This document shows, in pieces, positions 26,190-40,946 of a DNA stretch of 64,000 nt. The first letter of the stretch is position 1; each line of letters starts with the position of its first letter. The notes under the pieces are model-generated. The model had not been told where the DNA came from. It ran no database searches and saw nothing but the letters and a program-made list of their open reading frames with translations. The translations under genes were made by a program, and so were the position numbers. Source of the stretch: Octopus vulgaris (lineage: Eukaryota); the NCBI GenBank assembly GCA_951406725.2, contig OX597832.1:11160001-11224000 (forward strand), read 5' to 3'.

Positions 26190-27686
26190 TTTTACAAGTT
26201 AACACTTTTATCGCCTTCAAGTATTTTCCATTTGAACCAATGCACCGGCGTAGACGCGGTTTCCACTGTTCGAAGCGGTCCTAGAACTATTACGAAGTGA
26301 TGCTTTTTACGCCACCATCGTTTTTTCTTCTCTTGCACATCTGCAAAACGTTTTCCTTTGAGTACTCTTTTCATTCGGGATAACAAATTAGTATTCGCAA
26401 AGAGCAAGATCAACTTCCATCAGTTCTTCCAACGCAAAGAGCAAGATCATCTTCCAACTGCAACAACACGCATTCTGTAGTCATTGCTTTAGATCTTCTG
26501 TGAGCAAGTGAGGCACAAAATTTGCTGCAGCACGTTTCATTCGCAGTTCCTCCCACAAAACTTGTTGGCAGGAGCTCCATGAGAGATCAGTCATATCAAC
26601 AAGTTCGTCGATTGTTCGGAGACGGTCCTCCAATGTTAGTTAGTGAATTTTTGTGATGTTTTCATTCAGACGAGGTTGGTCTTCCAGAGACAGGTGACCA
26701 TTCCTAAAGCGTGAAAGCCCTCCGAAACTTGTGTTTTGCCCATGGTCGTCCTTGTAAGTTGTCTGAATTATGGCAACTGTTTCGGATACCGTTCGGCCAG
26801 CAGAAAACATAATTTCTCAAAAGCAGGTTGTTCCTACGTTTCAACCTTCGCAAAAATCAACAAACGGGGGAGATGCACTGAAGAACAAAGACGCACTACA
26901 CGGCAGTAAGACTCCACCACAAGACCCGGGTCACCAGACTGATAACTAAGGCTTGCATCAAGTGAACAACAACTGGCTTGCCCTACACAACGTTTCCGCT
27001 TACTTGTGGATATATATAATCTATGTGTTTCAGTGCTTATTATATATATTACTTAGTATATATATTCAGTTATATATATTACTTTTCATAAAAATTACTC
27101 TTATAGTGGAATCTACGATCAATATCTGGCGAGAAAACTTTGCTGCACTTCCGATTTGAAAACTAACTGGAAGAAGATTATGAGACATTTGCGTTCACAA
27201 AGAATCGAACTAGTGTCTATACTACAACGTGTCTTTTTGTTAATAACGCTGCAGGCTACAATGTACAATTCAATGCTTCCTGAAACATTTCGAGAACAAA
27301 CAAATAAACACATAGACACATTAACTCACTCATGCATGCCCGTGCACACAAGCACACACAAGCACACAGAAACACATACATCTTTATATATATTTGTGTA
27401 TGTGTGCGTGTGTGTGCGTTAGTTGGCTCTATTTTCATGGTTGTATCCGGCGAAAGAAGCATTCTTCAAGAGGTAGAGAAACAAAATTCGACTGAGCTAT
27501 TATTCTTTAAAAATAGTTAAAACGCTTTATGCTGGAATTTTCTGAAAATTATCATCTTAAACTTATTATACACACTTTTATAGTGCTTTCAAGGCATATT
27601 ATCCACATGCCTATTTATATATACAACAGTGTAAAGATATACATACATGCATACATAATATATACCTACCGACAGACATATACATA

Positions 27687-27717
<31 letters not shown>

Positions 27718-27720
<3 letters not shown>

Positions 27721-27842
27721 GAGCGTAGGCTCGAAACGTTAAAGACTTGTTTTATTTATATTTCCTGAGCGCCATACTAATACAATTGTTTGTTTGTTTT
27801 CCACCTGCCTTCGTCTTTTGTCTATTTTCATAAAGCTTCCCG

Positions 27843-27845
<3 letters not shown>
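27718..27845 (+). mobile_element. Short (TA)n-flanked island beginning with the 3' half of a hammerhead (putative 5'-truncated PLE pLTR)
   Basis: gagc-gtag-gctc hairpin immediately followed by GAAA-cgtt-aaagac; CTGANGA absent; (TA)n on both sides. Confidence 0.45.
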
Positions 27846-27881
<36 letters not shown>

Positions 27882-28959
27882 TTGACTACCTGATCCCTCA
27901 TCTTCTTATGAGTATACGTAAGCAAAATCTGCAATAATCTCCTTGAACAGGCCTACTTTCCTTTTCACATAAGCTTGAATGTTTCCATTGTTCACGCTTT
28001 AACGTCATAGAAGAAAAGTAATTTAATGCGATTTCCCAGATGAATTATTTCTTGGATTAGGAGGACGTGGAGGTTGTAACCCATCTCATCGTATTAAGTA
28101 ATATAATAACTTGTGTCGTCTGTTCAGTGTACTTTTTTCATTCCTCAATCAATTACACTGGAGTTTGCATGAAAGTCGAAGGAAATCATCAAATATAAGT
28201 ATACTTCCGGTTCATGTCTACCATTTCTTTGTAGCCACCTAAGATATGTTCGTGTCATGTGAGTGTATGTGTGTGTGTCCACGGGCATGCGTGCGTGCAG
28301 ATAGATAGTGATAAATAGATAAATACGCAGATAGATATAATTATAAATATATCGAAATATATATATATATATATATATATATCGAAATATATATTTATAT
28401 AGATATAAATATATATATATATCGAAATAGAAATATTGATATATACATACATTCGAAAATAATGAGCATTCTTACGTCATACATACATATATACATATTT
28501 ACATACATACATACATACATAAATATATACATACATGTATACATACATACATGCGTACGTACGTATGCACAAACTTAATGGTGAGCATTATTGCGTCATC
28601 GAAAGATACCAAATGTTATAGAATACCGTTTCCGTTCTGATTTTGTCAATAATATGATTTGATGTTAGCCATTCTGTGCTGTAGTACTTTCCCATTTCAA
28701 AATCATACGGCAAAACTTGATTTGGTGTCAGATAGAAAGTAGAAAAATATATTGATTGCAATTCTGTCAAGAATATTCAATATTTATCTTCTTTGACAAT
28801 GTTCCTGTCAAGAATTCTGCTTTAGCAGTTAGCTCATCAATTTGACAAAGAATATATCGCAAGAAATATCATATCTCGGTATAGCTCAATATCCGTTTGA
28901 AAGCTTTATCATTCACGTAAGAAATTCGTAATTCTTCACATCTACCTTACACAGAGTAT

Positions 28960-29330
<371 letters not shown>

Positions 29331-29610
29331 CATATGACTATGTACGCATGCGTACACACACGTACGCAATGTTTCCAACAAAAAGTAGTAAATCTTGGTT
29401 TATTCTCAGCGATATTTTGCCTTTTACAGCATTTCCCGCCTGTCAAGTGTCGAGTGAACAAAAAATATATAACGAAAAGTATGATCTGTGGATTAGATAT
29501 ATTCATCTAAACGAATTTTCTTTTTCTATTCAAAATTTTCCTTTGCATTCATCAAAAGTATTATAGGAAAAAAACTAAAATAGCTCATTGTGTGGGATAT
29601 ACACACACAC

Positions 29611-29652
<42 letters not shown>

Positions 29653-29944
29653 TCATACATAGAAAGATAATTACATTCATATACATATTTGTATGTATGT
29701 CTGTGTAGAATATGCATCTATATATGTGTGTGTGTGTATATATAGACACATATATATATATATATATATAGATAGATAGATAGATGCATGTTTAGTTTTT
29801 AGCCCTTTGCTACGCTGGGGCTCATATATAATTATATATACATATATATGTATGTGTATGGGTGTCTCTACCTCTCTGGGTTTGTCCTTCAATATCTGCG
29901 AACCCATGCGTATACATGTATGAATAATTGTACATGTGTGTGTT

Positions 29945-29998
<54 letters not shown>

Positions 29999-30567
29999 CT
30001 CAGTATTATATTCATGTCAATCAAATATCAAAAGTTATACAAATGTCATAATAATGGTGAAAAGTCCAAGTTAATAAATCAGACAGAGAATTGCTGCCCG
30101 TATTGCTTTTGTCTATCTGTGAGTTTATCACTTTGATAGAGAAGGAAAATGTTAAAAATCAATAAACTATCCACATCTTGAAACGAATGTCTTGTAGTAG
30201 GTTTAAATGATATAGCTGCCATTTTCCTTTCTCCGTTTCTCTATATTTCTCACTCTTTTTTTTTTTCACTCTTGCTTTCTTAACTTCCTTTCTTTATCTC
30301 TATCTCCCTCACACTCTGACTTTTCCTCTCTCACTCCCACTCACGTTTTTCAGTGCTGGCGTCTTGCGTCTCAATAAGTTCAAGTAATTGATTGCACACT
30401 CTCCCATACACACGCGTATATGAACTTAAGACTTTTATACGTTGCGTTTGTAAATATATGCGAATGAAGTCGAAACCGTGAAAAAGAGACGATTTTCATT
30501 TTTATGGAAGTTGCGAGTAACTCTTTGATGTTACTCTGAGTTTCGTATGTATGTATATGTGTGTGTA

Positions 30568-30623
<56 letters not shown>

Positions 30624-31644
30624 TATATATATAGGTATATACCTATATGTGTGTCTATATATTAGTGTTCCTAGAATATTCCATATACTTACACTCTAAT
30701 ACACAGAGTATATAGTTTCACTTCACAGTCTCCATCCTATTGTACATATATATATATTAATATACATACATATATATACATATATATAGATATATATATA
30801 TATATATATTAATATACATACATATATATATATTAATATACATACATATATATATATTAATATACATACATATATATATATATTAATATACATACATATA
30901 TGTGTATATATAATCGCCATGTGTGAATCTACCGATATAATATCAATTGATTACTATATGAATTGTCTATTATTGCTTCATTACGTTTTGCTTAGAGGAA
31001 GCAATCCTATTAAGCAAAAGATCTTTATAGCAATTTGGTATTGTGGCACTCTTAACCCTGTTCTTTTTTCTATTTGAGATGCATGCTTCATATATTCCAT
31101 TATGTATATGGATGTGTATATGTATAAACGTATTTAAGTGTGCATACGTGTAGTTATAAATTGATGCACATATATATGGGTATATATATATATAGAATGA
31201 ATATGTGTATATAAATGTGTATATATGTTAGTGTGTATGCATGTATGTCTTTGTGTGTCTATATTTGGGTTCGTATATCTATGTGAGCGTATTCATCAGC
31301 TGGCCAATATTATCAATTTCTTTACTTAACCGCTGTTCATATTTCGTTAATAGCCTTCATATTTTGATTGTAACAATAAAGTGTCTGGTTGCATCAATGT
31401 TATCAGACTATCCTGGTCGTATTCTCTTTATGAATTTCTTATTAGTATTTGTGATTAGCATCATGACCAGAGGAAAGATTATTGGGATGCCTGATGAATG
31501 AAATGATGTTATTGTTTCAGTGTAGGCAAGGACTATGTGAAATTTTGTGGCTCTTTCAGCGGTCATTATCACCAGAATCTATTGTCTTTTTTTTCTTTTT
31601 CGATAATGAAAGCTTCAAGTCGTTTGATGATTAAGTTATATATG

Positions 31645-31685
31645 CATACATACATACACACACACACATATATATATACATATAA

Positions 31686-31719
<34 letters not shown>

Positions 31720-31726
31720 TTATATG

Positions 31727-31775
<49 letters not shown>

Positions 31776-31792
31776 AAAAATATATATATATA

Positions 31793-31825
<33 letters not shown>

Positions 31826-31837
31826 ATAATAATAATA

Positions 31838-31869
<32 letters not shown>

Positions 31870-31907
31870 AAATATATATATATATATATATATATAATAA
31901 TAAAATA

Positions 31908-31939
<32 letters not shown>

Positions 31940-31942
31940 AAA

Positions 31943-31974
<32 letters not shown>

Positions 31975-31979
31975 AAATA

Positions 31980-32011
<32 letters not shown>

Positions 32012-32017
32012 AATATA

Positions 32018-32049
<32 letters not shown>

Positions 32050-32054
32050 AAATA

Positions 32055-32086
<32 letters not shown>

Positions 32087-32095
32087 AAATATATA

Positions 32096-32127
<32 letters not shown>

Positions 32128-32136
32128 AAATATATA

Positions 32137-32168
<32 letters not shown>

Positions 32169-32175
32169 AAATATA

Positions 32176-32206
<31 letters not shown>

Positions 32207-32209
32207 ATA

Positions 32210-32241
<32 letters not shown>

Positions 32242-32249
32242 AATAAATA

Positions 32250-32280
<31 letters not shown>

Positions 32281-32317
32281 ATATATATATATATATATAT
32301 ATAATAATAATAATATA

Positions 32318-32381
<64 letters not shown>

Positions 32382-32394
32382 ATAATAATATATA

Positions 32395-32425
<31 letters not shown>

Positions 32426-32432
32426 ATATATA

Positions 32433-32464
<32 letters not shown>

Positions 32465-32510
32465 AATATATATATATATATATATATATAATAATAATAA
32501 ATATATATGT
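31645..32510. repeat. Alternating (TA)n/(TAA)n compound minisatellite
   Basis: About 20 blocks of (TA)n alternate with (ATA)n; almost pure A/T. Confidence 0.95.
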
Positions 32511-33135
32511 GTATGTATGTATGCATCTGATGTTCTACCGCTTTGTCTTTTTCGATACTGGTAGCTTCAAGTCTTTTTTGCTTATGACGTTATATGGATA
32601 TGTATATGTCTATTATTTATGTAGATATATGTGTAGGTGTGTATATAGATATATGTATATGTTGTTCTACGTTTTTGTCTTCTGTTGATCTTATTCCCTT
32701 TCACTTTTTTTACCAGAAATTGGCTCAGATGGACCCAAGCATATCATTAAATATTTAAATTAGATGTATTGATAACACGTCTCAGCGAAAGGCGAGAGAT
32801 GCATAATCATTAGTGCATTTCTGCATATAGACGTATTGAAACGTTGCGTCCCACTTTTTACCGCAGTATAAGTTTGAGGAAAAAAGTTGGCCGTTGAAAT
32901 TATCATACCAGATGCAGTGAATTTTTCTTATCTTCACAAACGTTTTAAGATAATGTCCAAGAGTGATGATGGATGTTATAACAAAGCAAAACTCCTGGCC
33001 TACAGTACACAACAGCAAATGCTTGCACCTACCAACCACGTGTAATATTTCTTTATATTATCAGTGCATATTTTTTCTTCGTCGATCTATTGCTTTGAAT
33101 GTAGTTAGCCATAAAGAGGCACGAATATAAATGCC

Positions 33136-33179
<44 letters not shown>

Positions 33180-33368
33180 CATATTCATATATATTTAAGT
33201 GTATATATACATACACATGTGTAAAGTTATGTGGGAAACAGTACTCGAATACCAAAGGTAAAGAAGTAGAGTAAAATCATAACAGAACCATTCGCAAATA
33301 ATTAATGAGGGGTTGGCGACCATCTGTCTCTTTCTCGTTTCTTTGTGCATATATTATATGTATTCTAA

Positions 33369-33430
<62 letters not shown>

Positions 33431-33901
33431 TACATGGATAACTACAGTCAACTAGATTCAGAATAAGACATCAACTAAGAAGCACTTTACGTATTGATAA
33501 CACAACTACAAGAAAGTTCTAGGTTAAAAAATGTTCCTTCTTCTCGTTGGTTCCTCATATTCAGAGGAAGGTCAAGACATGTTTTAATTATGTTATACAT
33601 TTTTGGTTGAGAAAATAATGTGAGTCAAATAAATACTGAAGTGTTTTCAGTGGAATAACATCTCGAGATATTGTAACATGGATAGATTTATGGAAAAGAT
33701 ACCGAATCATTATAAATACGTCACGTAGAACATATTTATACATACGCAGAGAGAGCTAGGTCTTTCTGATTAGGATATTTCTCTCTCTATTTATATCTCT
33801 AGTTATTCGGTTTAGAGCATTCTATTTCCGGGCGTACTTTTAAATATTGCACTGACAAATAGAACCTTGATTCCCACTTTAGCTTAACAAACAACTAATC
33901 C

Positions 33902-33957
<56 letters not shown>

Positions 33958-34263
33958 GTGCCTGTGTATGTACAACATTTCTCTATGCAAAATATCTACA
34001 AATGTTTGCTTGCGCCGGTGTCAACGTCACAGCATTTGGTGAAAGGTAGCTATACTGAAACCACTTCAATACTTGACCACTAACATTATTTCCTCACTCA
34101 TCGATATTCCTTTAAATATATAATGAGTTGGTAGTTTTTGTAGACTTCGGAATATTGAAATATAGGAGATTATCAAGATGTGTGCGCTCAATATTCTTAA
34201 TTTATGGATTTTCGACCTTTTCAAAGGAAATCAGTAATTCCTTACACCTTTCATGGTACGAAA

Positions 34264-34306
<43 letters not shown>

Positions 34307-34359
34307 CATACACATAGATAGAGAGAGCGAGAAGGAAAGAGAGAATATGATTATATGAT

Positions 34360-34510
34360 TCATAACCCGAAAGTTAATATTACTTTATCCTTTTCGAGAA
34401 CGAGTCCGATTCGAAAGCAGTGAACTCTTTGTAAAAAAATGTTGCTCACAGTTCTATTGAACTCAGAACATGCGATGCTATTATCGTATCGTTTACCCCC
34501 GCTTCAGAGC
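34360..34510 (-). mobile_element. Highly decayed SINE family B copy
   Basis: tactttatc..cgaaagc.gtgaa..ttgaactcagaac..cgtatcgtttacccccg remnants. Confidence 0.35.
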
Positions 34511-35009
34511 ACGAATCGCTGATTTTTTTCAATGACATCACCGACACATTCTCCGATCGAAGCATCAGACTCTCACATTTGATGTTAACTGTAGCTGTCA
34601 ATTCACTGACAAACTCCGAAAGCTATGTAACAAAATTCCGACATTTTAACAGTTCGTTAGCTTATCATTTACATACTTCAACTCTTCAATTATTTTAATG
34701 ATGGAAATATCATTGATAATATTAATGTGCTTCGTAAATCTTCAAGCAAAGGAATTGAGAATACAGCGCTTCTGTAAAGTGATCTAATCCAGCGTAATTC
34801 ATCATCATTCATTGCTGTACATGTGATCTGTTTGCTTTTATTAGCATGTTGCTGCCAAAATAGCATCTGCCGACTATTTTGAAAGAGAAAAACAAAATAT
34901 TATTTTATTACATTTTTCCGCGCTTCTTCTAAACTCCAGTAATGTTCCATCAGCATAGTGCATGTGTACCTTTAACGGGGAAATAACAGTGTTAATATTT
35001 ATAATATAA

Positions 35010-35402
35010 CTAGCAGCATCGCCCGGCGTTGCTCGGGGTGGTAAGGGAAATAACTATATAAGCATTTTTAGATATGTAAAGTATAATAGCCATCTCAATA
35101 TGGCTAACCACAAAGGGGGGTGTTACTGTAGCTTTTTACGTTCTGAGATTTACTAATAAATTTTTAGAGAGATACTTCCCTTATATATGCCAAAAATGCA
35201 TTAAAAATGGGAAAAATTTATGGTAATTTTTTTAAAATCGTTGACTCATCGTAGACGCGCGCTAATACCCAGAAGGGCTGGATATGAATCACGACTATAA
35301 GATACCCGATTTTGGTTAAACTGCACCGCAAAATGTGGGAGTAGTTAGGAATCTAAGTCGTAGGAGACAGACAGCACACAACCTCACTTTTATATATAAA
35401 GA
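35010..35402 (-). mobile_element. Non-autonomous Helitron (393 bp)
   Basis: Minus strand starts A|TC(tttatatataaaa) and ends CTAG|T, with GC hairpin cccgagc-aac-gccggg just before the end; A/T target and no TSD. Confidence 0.88.
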
Positions 35403-36920
35403 TAATAGTATTATTAGTACTATTATTAGTAGATATGATTATACAGATGAGGCCACAAATGGCGGATGGTTTTAAAAGTCTGAAAAACTCGTAGTTGGGT
35501 ACATGGAGATTTGAAGTTAAAGCATAAGTATATACAGTTTAGTACTACAAGTTTATTATATCATTGATAAATTGATTATTCGTATCCTTCTAGTATCGTG
35601 ACAAATTCAGGTATCCTAGGATAGCGCATGGCCGATTTAATATTTAGATATAATATATTATGCAACTAAAGTGCTACTCAAATCTAGACTGCAATAGACA
35701 ATGTAATTGAATTCAAGATATATCCAAGAGAAATGGTAACGGAAAATGTATTTTGTTGGGATGGAAGAAACTGAGGTTTCGGAGTTATCAATTCATCAGA
35801 AAAAATAAATTTTCTTTGTATAACAGTACGGATCAGCACTATGCTTTAGAATGCTTCTCATTCCAGTGTGTATCATCTACTCTCTACTCATAAACATCAA
35901 TACTAAAAATTAATTAATCCATCATTCTATGGTCTCTAATTTTTAATTATGTTGCGTAAGAAATATCTCTTGCAAATCGATATATAATAACCACTAAATA
36001 TTTAGTAATATTAAGATTTCCTATTCACCGTTCTCAGTGTTCGCTTCAGCCATTTCTATAAGACAAATTCATTAAACTTCTAACTCATGCAGTAGGATAT
36101 TTTCAGCGTCATTGACCATGATGCTATATTGTTTGGAAATAAGTTTATTATTTCTCGGGTGTAGAATCTTTTTACTCCATTATATATATATAGAGAGAGA
36201 AAGAGTGAGAGAGGAGACAGAAACATGTATAGAAAAAAAGAAAAGAAGCAGATAAAGAGAAATAAAAATGAAATAAAAACAGGAGATAATATGGCAGATT
36301 CAACAAGAAAACTTACGGTTTATTTTATTTTATGGGAAGCCATAATTTTATTTGATTAACTATCGCTTAACTTAATATCTGTCATATGCTGCAATTATAT
36401 ATGGTTGGATAAATGTCTGAGTATTTTTTTTTATCTTACCGGTTCAATGAACTTAAATTTCACGTACTTAAATAGAAATATGTACTATTTTTATAGGTGC
36501 AGCTAACATCTAGAAATTATATGAACGCTGAATAATTAATGAGAGTTACGCTGATTTTGTCAATGCAATTTCACTTCAATGAAATTCTAATTCATTATGA
36601 AGATGTATTTACTAGAGAGCAATGCTAGCTTTATATAAGAATTAAAAATCCTCATTCAAATTGAATACACCTGCGAGTTGTAATCGCGGCCTCCACCACC
36701 TCTCTATAATATCTGGGTATTTCTATATAAGTTGTTGTCTTTACTATTTTTGCTCATATTTATAATGAAGATTGCTTATTTTCTGTTTAACTTACAGTAC
36801 CAACTAATCTATTCTATAAGATGGACTAGAAAATTCACATTAGTTAAGAAACCATACATATTACTGACATACGACAATCATAAAATAGTGACAGTTTATG
36901 TTCTTCCTGGTGTCATATGT

Positions 36921-37145
36921 AGGTTAGCAGAAACGTTAACACGCTGGCGAAATGCTTGGCGGTATTTCGTCTGCTGCTACGTTCTGAATTCTAATTCCGC
37001 CTAGGTCGACTTTGCCTTTCATCGTTTCGGGGTCGATTAAACAAGTACCAGTTACACACTGGTGTCGATGTAATCGACTTAATCCGTTTTACGTTCTTGT
37101 TTGTCCACTCTGTGTGTAACCCCTTGTGGGTAGTAAAGAAATAGG
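36921..37145 (+). mobile_element. SINE family B monomer
   Basis: gcagaaacgttaacacgc..gaaatgct..gtatttcgtctg..gtcgactttgcctttcatc.tttcggggtcgat; tail cccttgtgggtagtaaagaaatagg. Confidence 0.88.
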
Positions 37146-39783
37146 ATGTATTTCAGATTTTTTAGAATTTGTGATAAGTGTAATTGGCTTCATTTTCCAG
37201 CATATCCTGCGACTATGTATGTCCTCTCGATGACTCGAATTCACAAATCTTTTCTATTAGCTATTACTGACAGTTGTTATTAATCTTCAAATTACGCACG
37301 TTTCAATATTTTACAGTTGAAAAACAAAGGATTTAACTGCATAACTGAGAGAAAGTTTCACTGAAATATACTCAATACATTTTACCAAATCGGTGGTAGC
37401 ACATTGTCATATTTGACTTGTTTTTAATATCAGGCTGCTGGCCATGGGTGGGGCAATGTTGCATTCGCTATAGCCCTGAGGCAGATCTTTGGTAATTCAA
37501 TACCTCATATGATTTCTAGCATTCATAAATAGAGACGAAATTTGATGGTTTTCTTATAATGCTGCAAACAAATTATCTCGTCCATATTATTTTTCTGATC
37601 AACAATTTCTCATCACAAACCTAACTCTTCTCTTCCGAGTCATATTCATGGTATTGTTATTACCATATTGCCCCAGGAGGAATACTTTTAGACAAGATGA
37701 TTAAATCGCAGCATGCAACTGGTCAATAATTATTCGTCATATATGCAGGTGTGTACATCAAACTGTTAATTTTTTTCCCAAAATTTTCGATTGAGATTAG
37801 TTGAGCTGCGGTTGGGAAATTAAACCAAGAAATCAAAATTAAGACAAAAAAAATTTCAGATACAAATTAATGCGCTACACTTACGATAATGCGCTACACT
37901 TACGATTCGATTAAATTTTTTATGGCTCACACGGTGTATTAATTGTAGCTGTACAGCTTATCAATATATCTTATCTATGTACACGCATGCTTGAGTATGT
38001 TTAATGTTTGCATTCGACATATTTTTATTTTCTTCAGCTATTACAATGATAGAGCAAGCATAAATATAAGATTTAATGAAACTACTTAAATAATTACAAC
38101 TATTTACATATTCAGATAAATTTCAATTTTGATGCAATTTTTTTGAATTGTAAATAAATTTTGTGTTCATTTCTTTCTAATTTTTTTTTTTTTTGTAATT
38201 GTAACAATCAAGATTTAGATTACAAAAAATAATAACGTTATACGAAAAACGCTGATTCGTTTAAAAGCTAAATAAAATTTAAAAAATCTCTCAGCTTAGA
38301 AAAATTTTGCTCGGAATGCAGAAACTAATAAAAAGAACATAAACGAGTAATTCAAAAATTTCGAAAGATTTTCAAAAAAGCGATATGAATTCAAGCAAAG
38401 CTTGAGATATAAGATTGAGCTGAACCAAAAATGAGAAAAAAAAAGCGAAATAAAATTTACTTCGTGCAAATATCATTTACCGACTGCCATAAAATCAATA
38501 TGACCGCCATGTGTGTAATATGTTCATGCTTTATACTTAGAATATACATGGACTTTTCAACTTGATGAAAATTGGGAGTCTTTTAGATTTAAAAATGACA
38601 ATAGATGACTACTACTGCTACTACTACTAATACTACTACTACTATTTAATAATATAATCGATGATTATTATTATGATATGTTTATAGGCATGAATGCCGT
38701 TTCTACTGTAAAGGAACGAAACAGAAGTTGTGATATTTACGATTCACGCAAACTTATGGCTAGCATTTATAACTGACACAGCTGGTATGCTTTTTGAATT
38801 GTTAGATTACCTCACACTTCTCATTTAATAGAAGTGATGTAACCTCTTATTCTTCTTAATTTCTCACAGTCTGGAGTAATCTATCCTCACCCACCTCGTG
38901 ATTGATAATATTATGTATATATATATATATATATACACACAAACAGAATAAAATTTGATACGTTAAGCTTTAACACAGCTCTAGTTTAGTAAAATCTAGG
39001 CAAAAATTTTGAATAACATGAAAGTTTGGCTTAGGACATTGCTAAACAAAAGAAAGAAAAATGAATGTTAACACATAAGCTCTTACACGAATCCACTAAG
39101 AAAATGGACACGAGGTCACCAAAGAGCCATCTACACGTAGACACGCGTTGAAAATGTTATCAAGGAACATTTTACATATGAGACATGTAGTAGCGAAAAC
39201 AATGTGCAATATAGTCCGTATATAGGATAGTTCTGAAGGAGCAAATGCCATTTTCATATGAAAGGTTTTTGTTAAATATACGCGTCAAAACATCTGTAAA
39301 ATAAATATATAACCAACCATACTATCATCTAGGATTGAGAAAATATATTTATAATTATTTGTCTAACAGACGTTGATGTAATGTTAACAAAAATAAAACA
39401 TACTAGTTTTTATTCAGTGCTAGTGAAATTTGCACAGAATGCATCATATATATAACGAAACGGAATATAAGTTAGAGTAAGAAATCATCGAGACCCTTTG
39501 CTTTTCAAGTAATTGAGATGACACCAATATTTTGAATCCAGGTTTTACGAAACTGGAACGTACACGGCTAAATAACAAATTACAATCAAAGTCCTTTAAT
39601 GGATTTCAGAAAGTGTGTAAAACATTGAGAATTTCAGCATGTAAGATGTTTATACGCGCTCGGGTGTACAAAAATAAGTCTATATAAGTACACATTCACA
39701 AATCAAATCACTGATGGAATGACATACAAACATCTAGTAGACATATACTTTAGTGAATGATGGTTACATACATGCATGCATAC

Positions 39784-39822
<39 letters not shown>

Positions 39823-40674
39823 CGTGCATGTGTATTTTGTTTTAATTTCCAATTAAAGGTCTAGATTGTGAGTTGAAGCCGGCTTCGTTTTAGTTATAAA
39901 TTTTCTTAACAAAACACAGAATATACGCCCACAAAATCACCTGCCTACGAGCACACGCCTAAATACATACACACTAATAATAATTGTGTGTGTGTATGTA
40001 TGTGTGTGTGTGTGTGTGTTTATCATATTCATATGAACATTTATGTGTGTGAACGTATGTGTGTCTCTAGGTTATTCACGTTCACGTGGAAACAACAATA
40101 GTATTGTATTCACTATTACAATGAATTGAAAATAAATAAATAAATACATAATTTAACATTTTTTTTTTAAAGTGGCAAATTTTTCTCACGACTTCGACGG
40201 CTTAGTACAATATTCCTGTTGACATACAATGATTAAATGAATGCAAATATTTCTAAAATCAAATCTCTTTGTAATACATAGGATAAAATATTTTGCATTC
40301 AGAATCATTAATCAATATTACAGAAATAAACAAATATTTAAAACAGATATTCTATTTGTAAATATAAAATAGCAAACATTTGTATTTGAATTATTTTTGT
40401 CGAAATGTTTTATATTTTTCATACGCTGTTATTTGCATGGACTTTTTTTGCTATTTTCTTTATCAAACATTTTAAAAACTGACATTTAACATGTTGCTCA
40501 ATAATGTACGTCATGCTACCAAACAGTATTCGTTCTCAAGGCTGTTGTCAGTATTGTTTCCTTCGATTTCGAGGTCGATCAAGTAGTTCTTATGGTAAAG
40601 ACATGTTATCCGTGTCCGTCATATTTGTTCACACTTGTTCAGAAATTGTCTATCAGTATTACTCAATGTGACCT

Positions 40675-40826
40675 AGTACTACTACTCTGCTGCTGCTGCT
40701 GCTGCTACTACTACTACTACCACCACCACCACCTTCACTGCTACTACTACTACTGCTGCTGCTGCTACTACTACTACTACTACTACTGCTGCTGCTGCTA
40801 CTACTACTACTACTACTACTACTACA
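40675..40826. repeat. Compound trinucleotide microsatellite (CTG)n/(CTA)n/(CCA)n
   Basis: Directly visible. Confidence 0.95.
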
Positions 40827-40900
40827 TTGTGTACGTTTGAGATGATAAATGATTTTCCTGCTCTTATGAAGGAACAAAACCGTGTTGAAATTTTCTACTG

Positions 40901-40946
<46 letters not shown>

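Larger units (their letters stand above)
24820..27010 (-). mobile_element. Mariner (DD34D-family) remnant, internally deleted and split by a 1.3-kb insertion
   Basis: Terminus ta|cacgagggggtacccaa at 24820 with aataaa upstream on the minus strand. C-terminus MKRVLKGKRFADV..FEQWKPRLRRCIGSNGKY.EGDK (26192-26385); SGRP..LEDRLRTIDELV..ELRMKRAAANFVPHLLTE (26470-26690); N-terminus KLCFLL..ETVAIIQTTYKD.MGKTQV (26700-26850). Confidence 0.85.

Noticed and set aside
37868-37907. Short tandem duplications (also 14902-14958, 17481-17545, 47740-47774)
   Set aside because: Ordinary 17-37 bp slippage duplications with no further structure.
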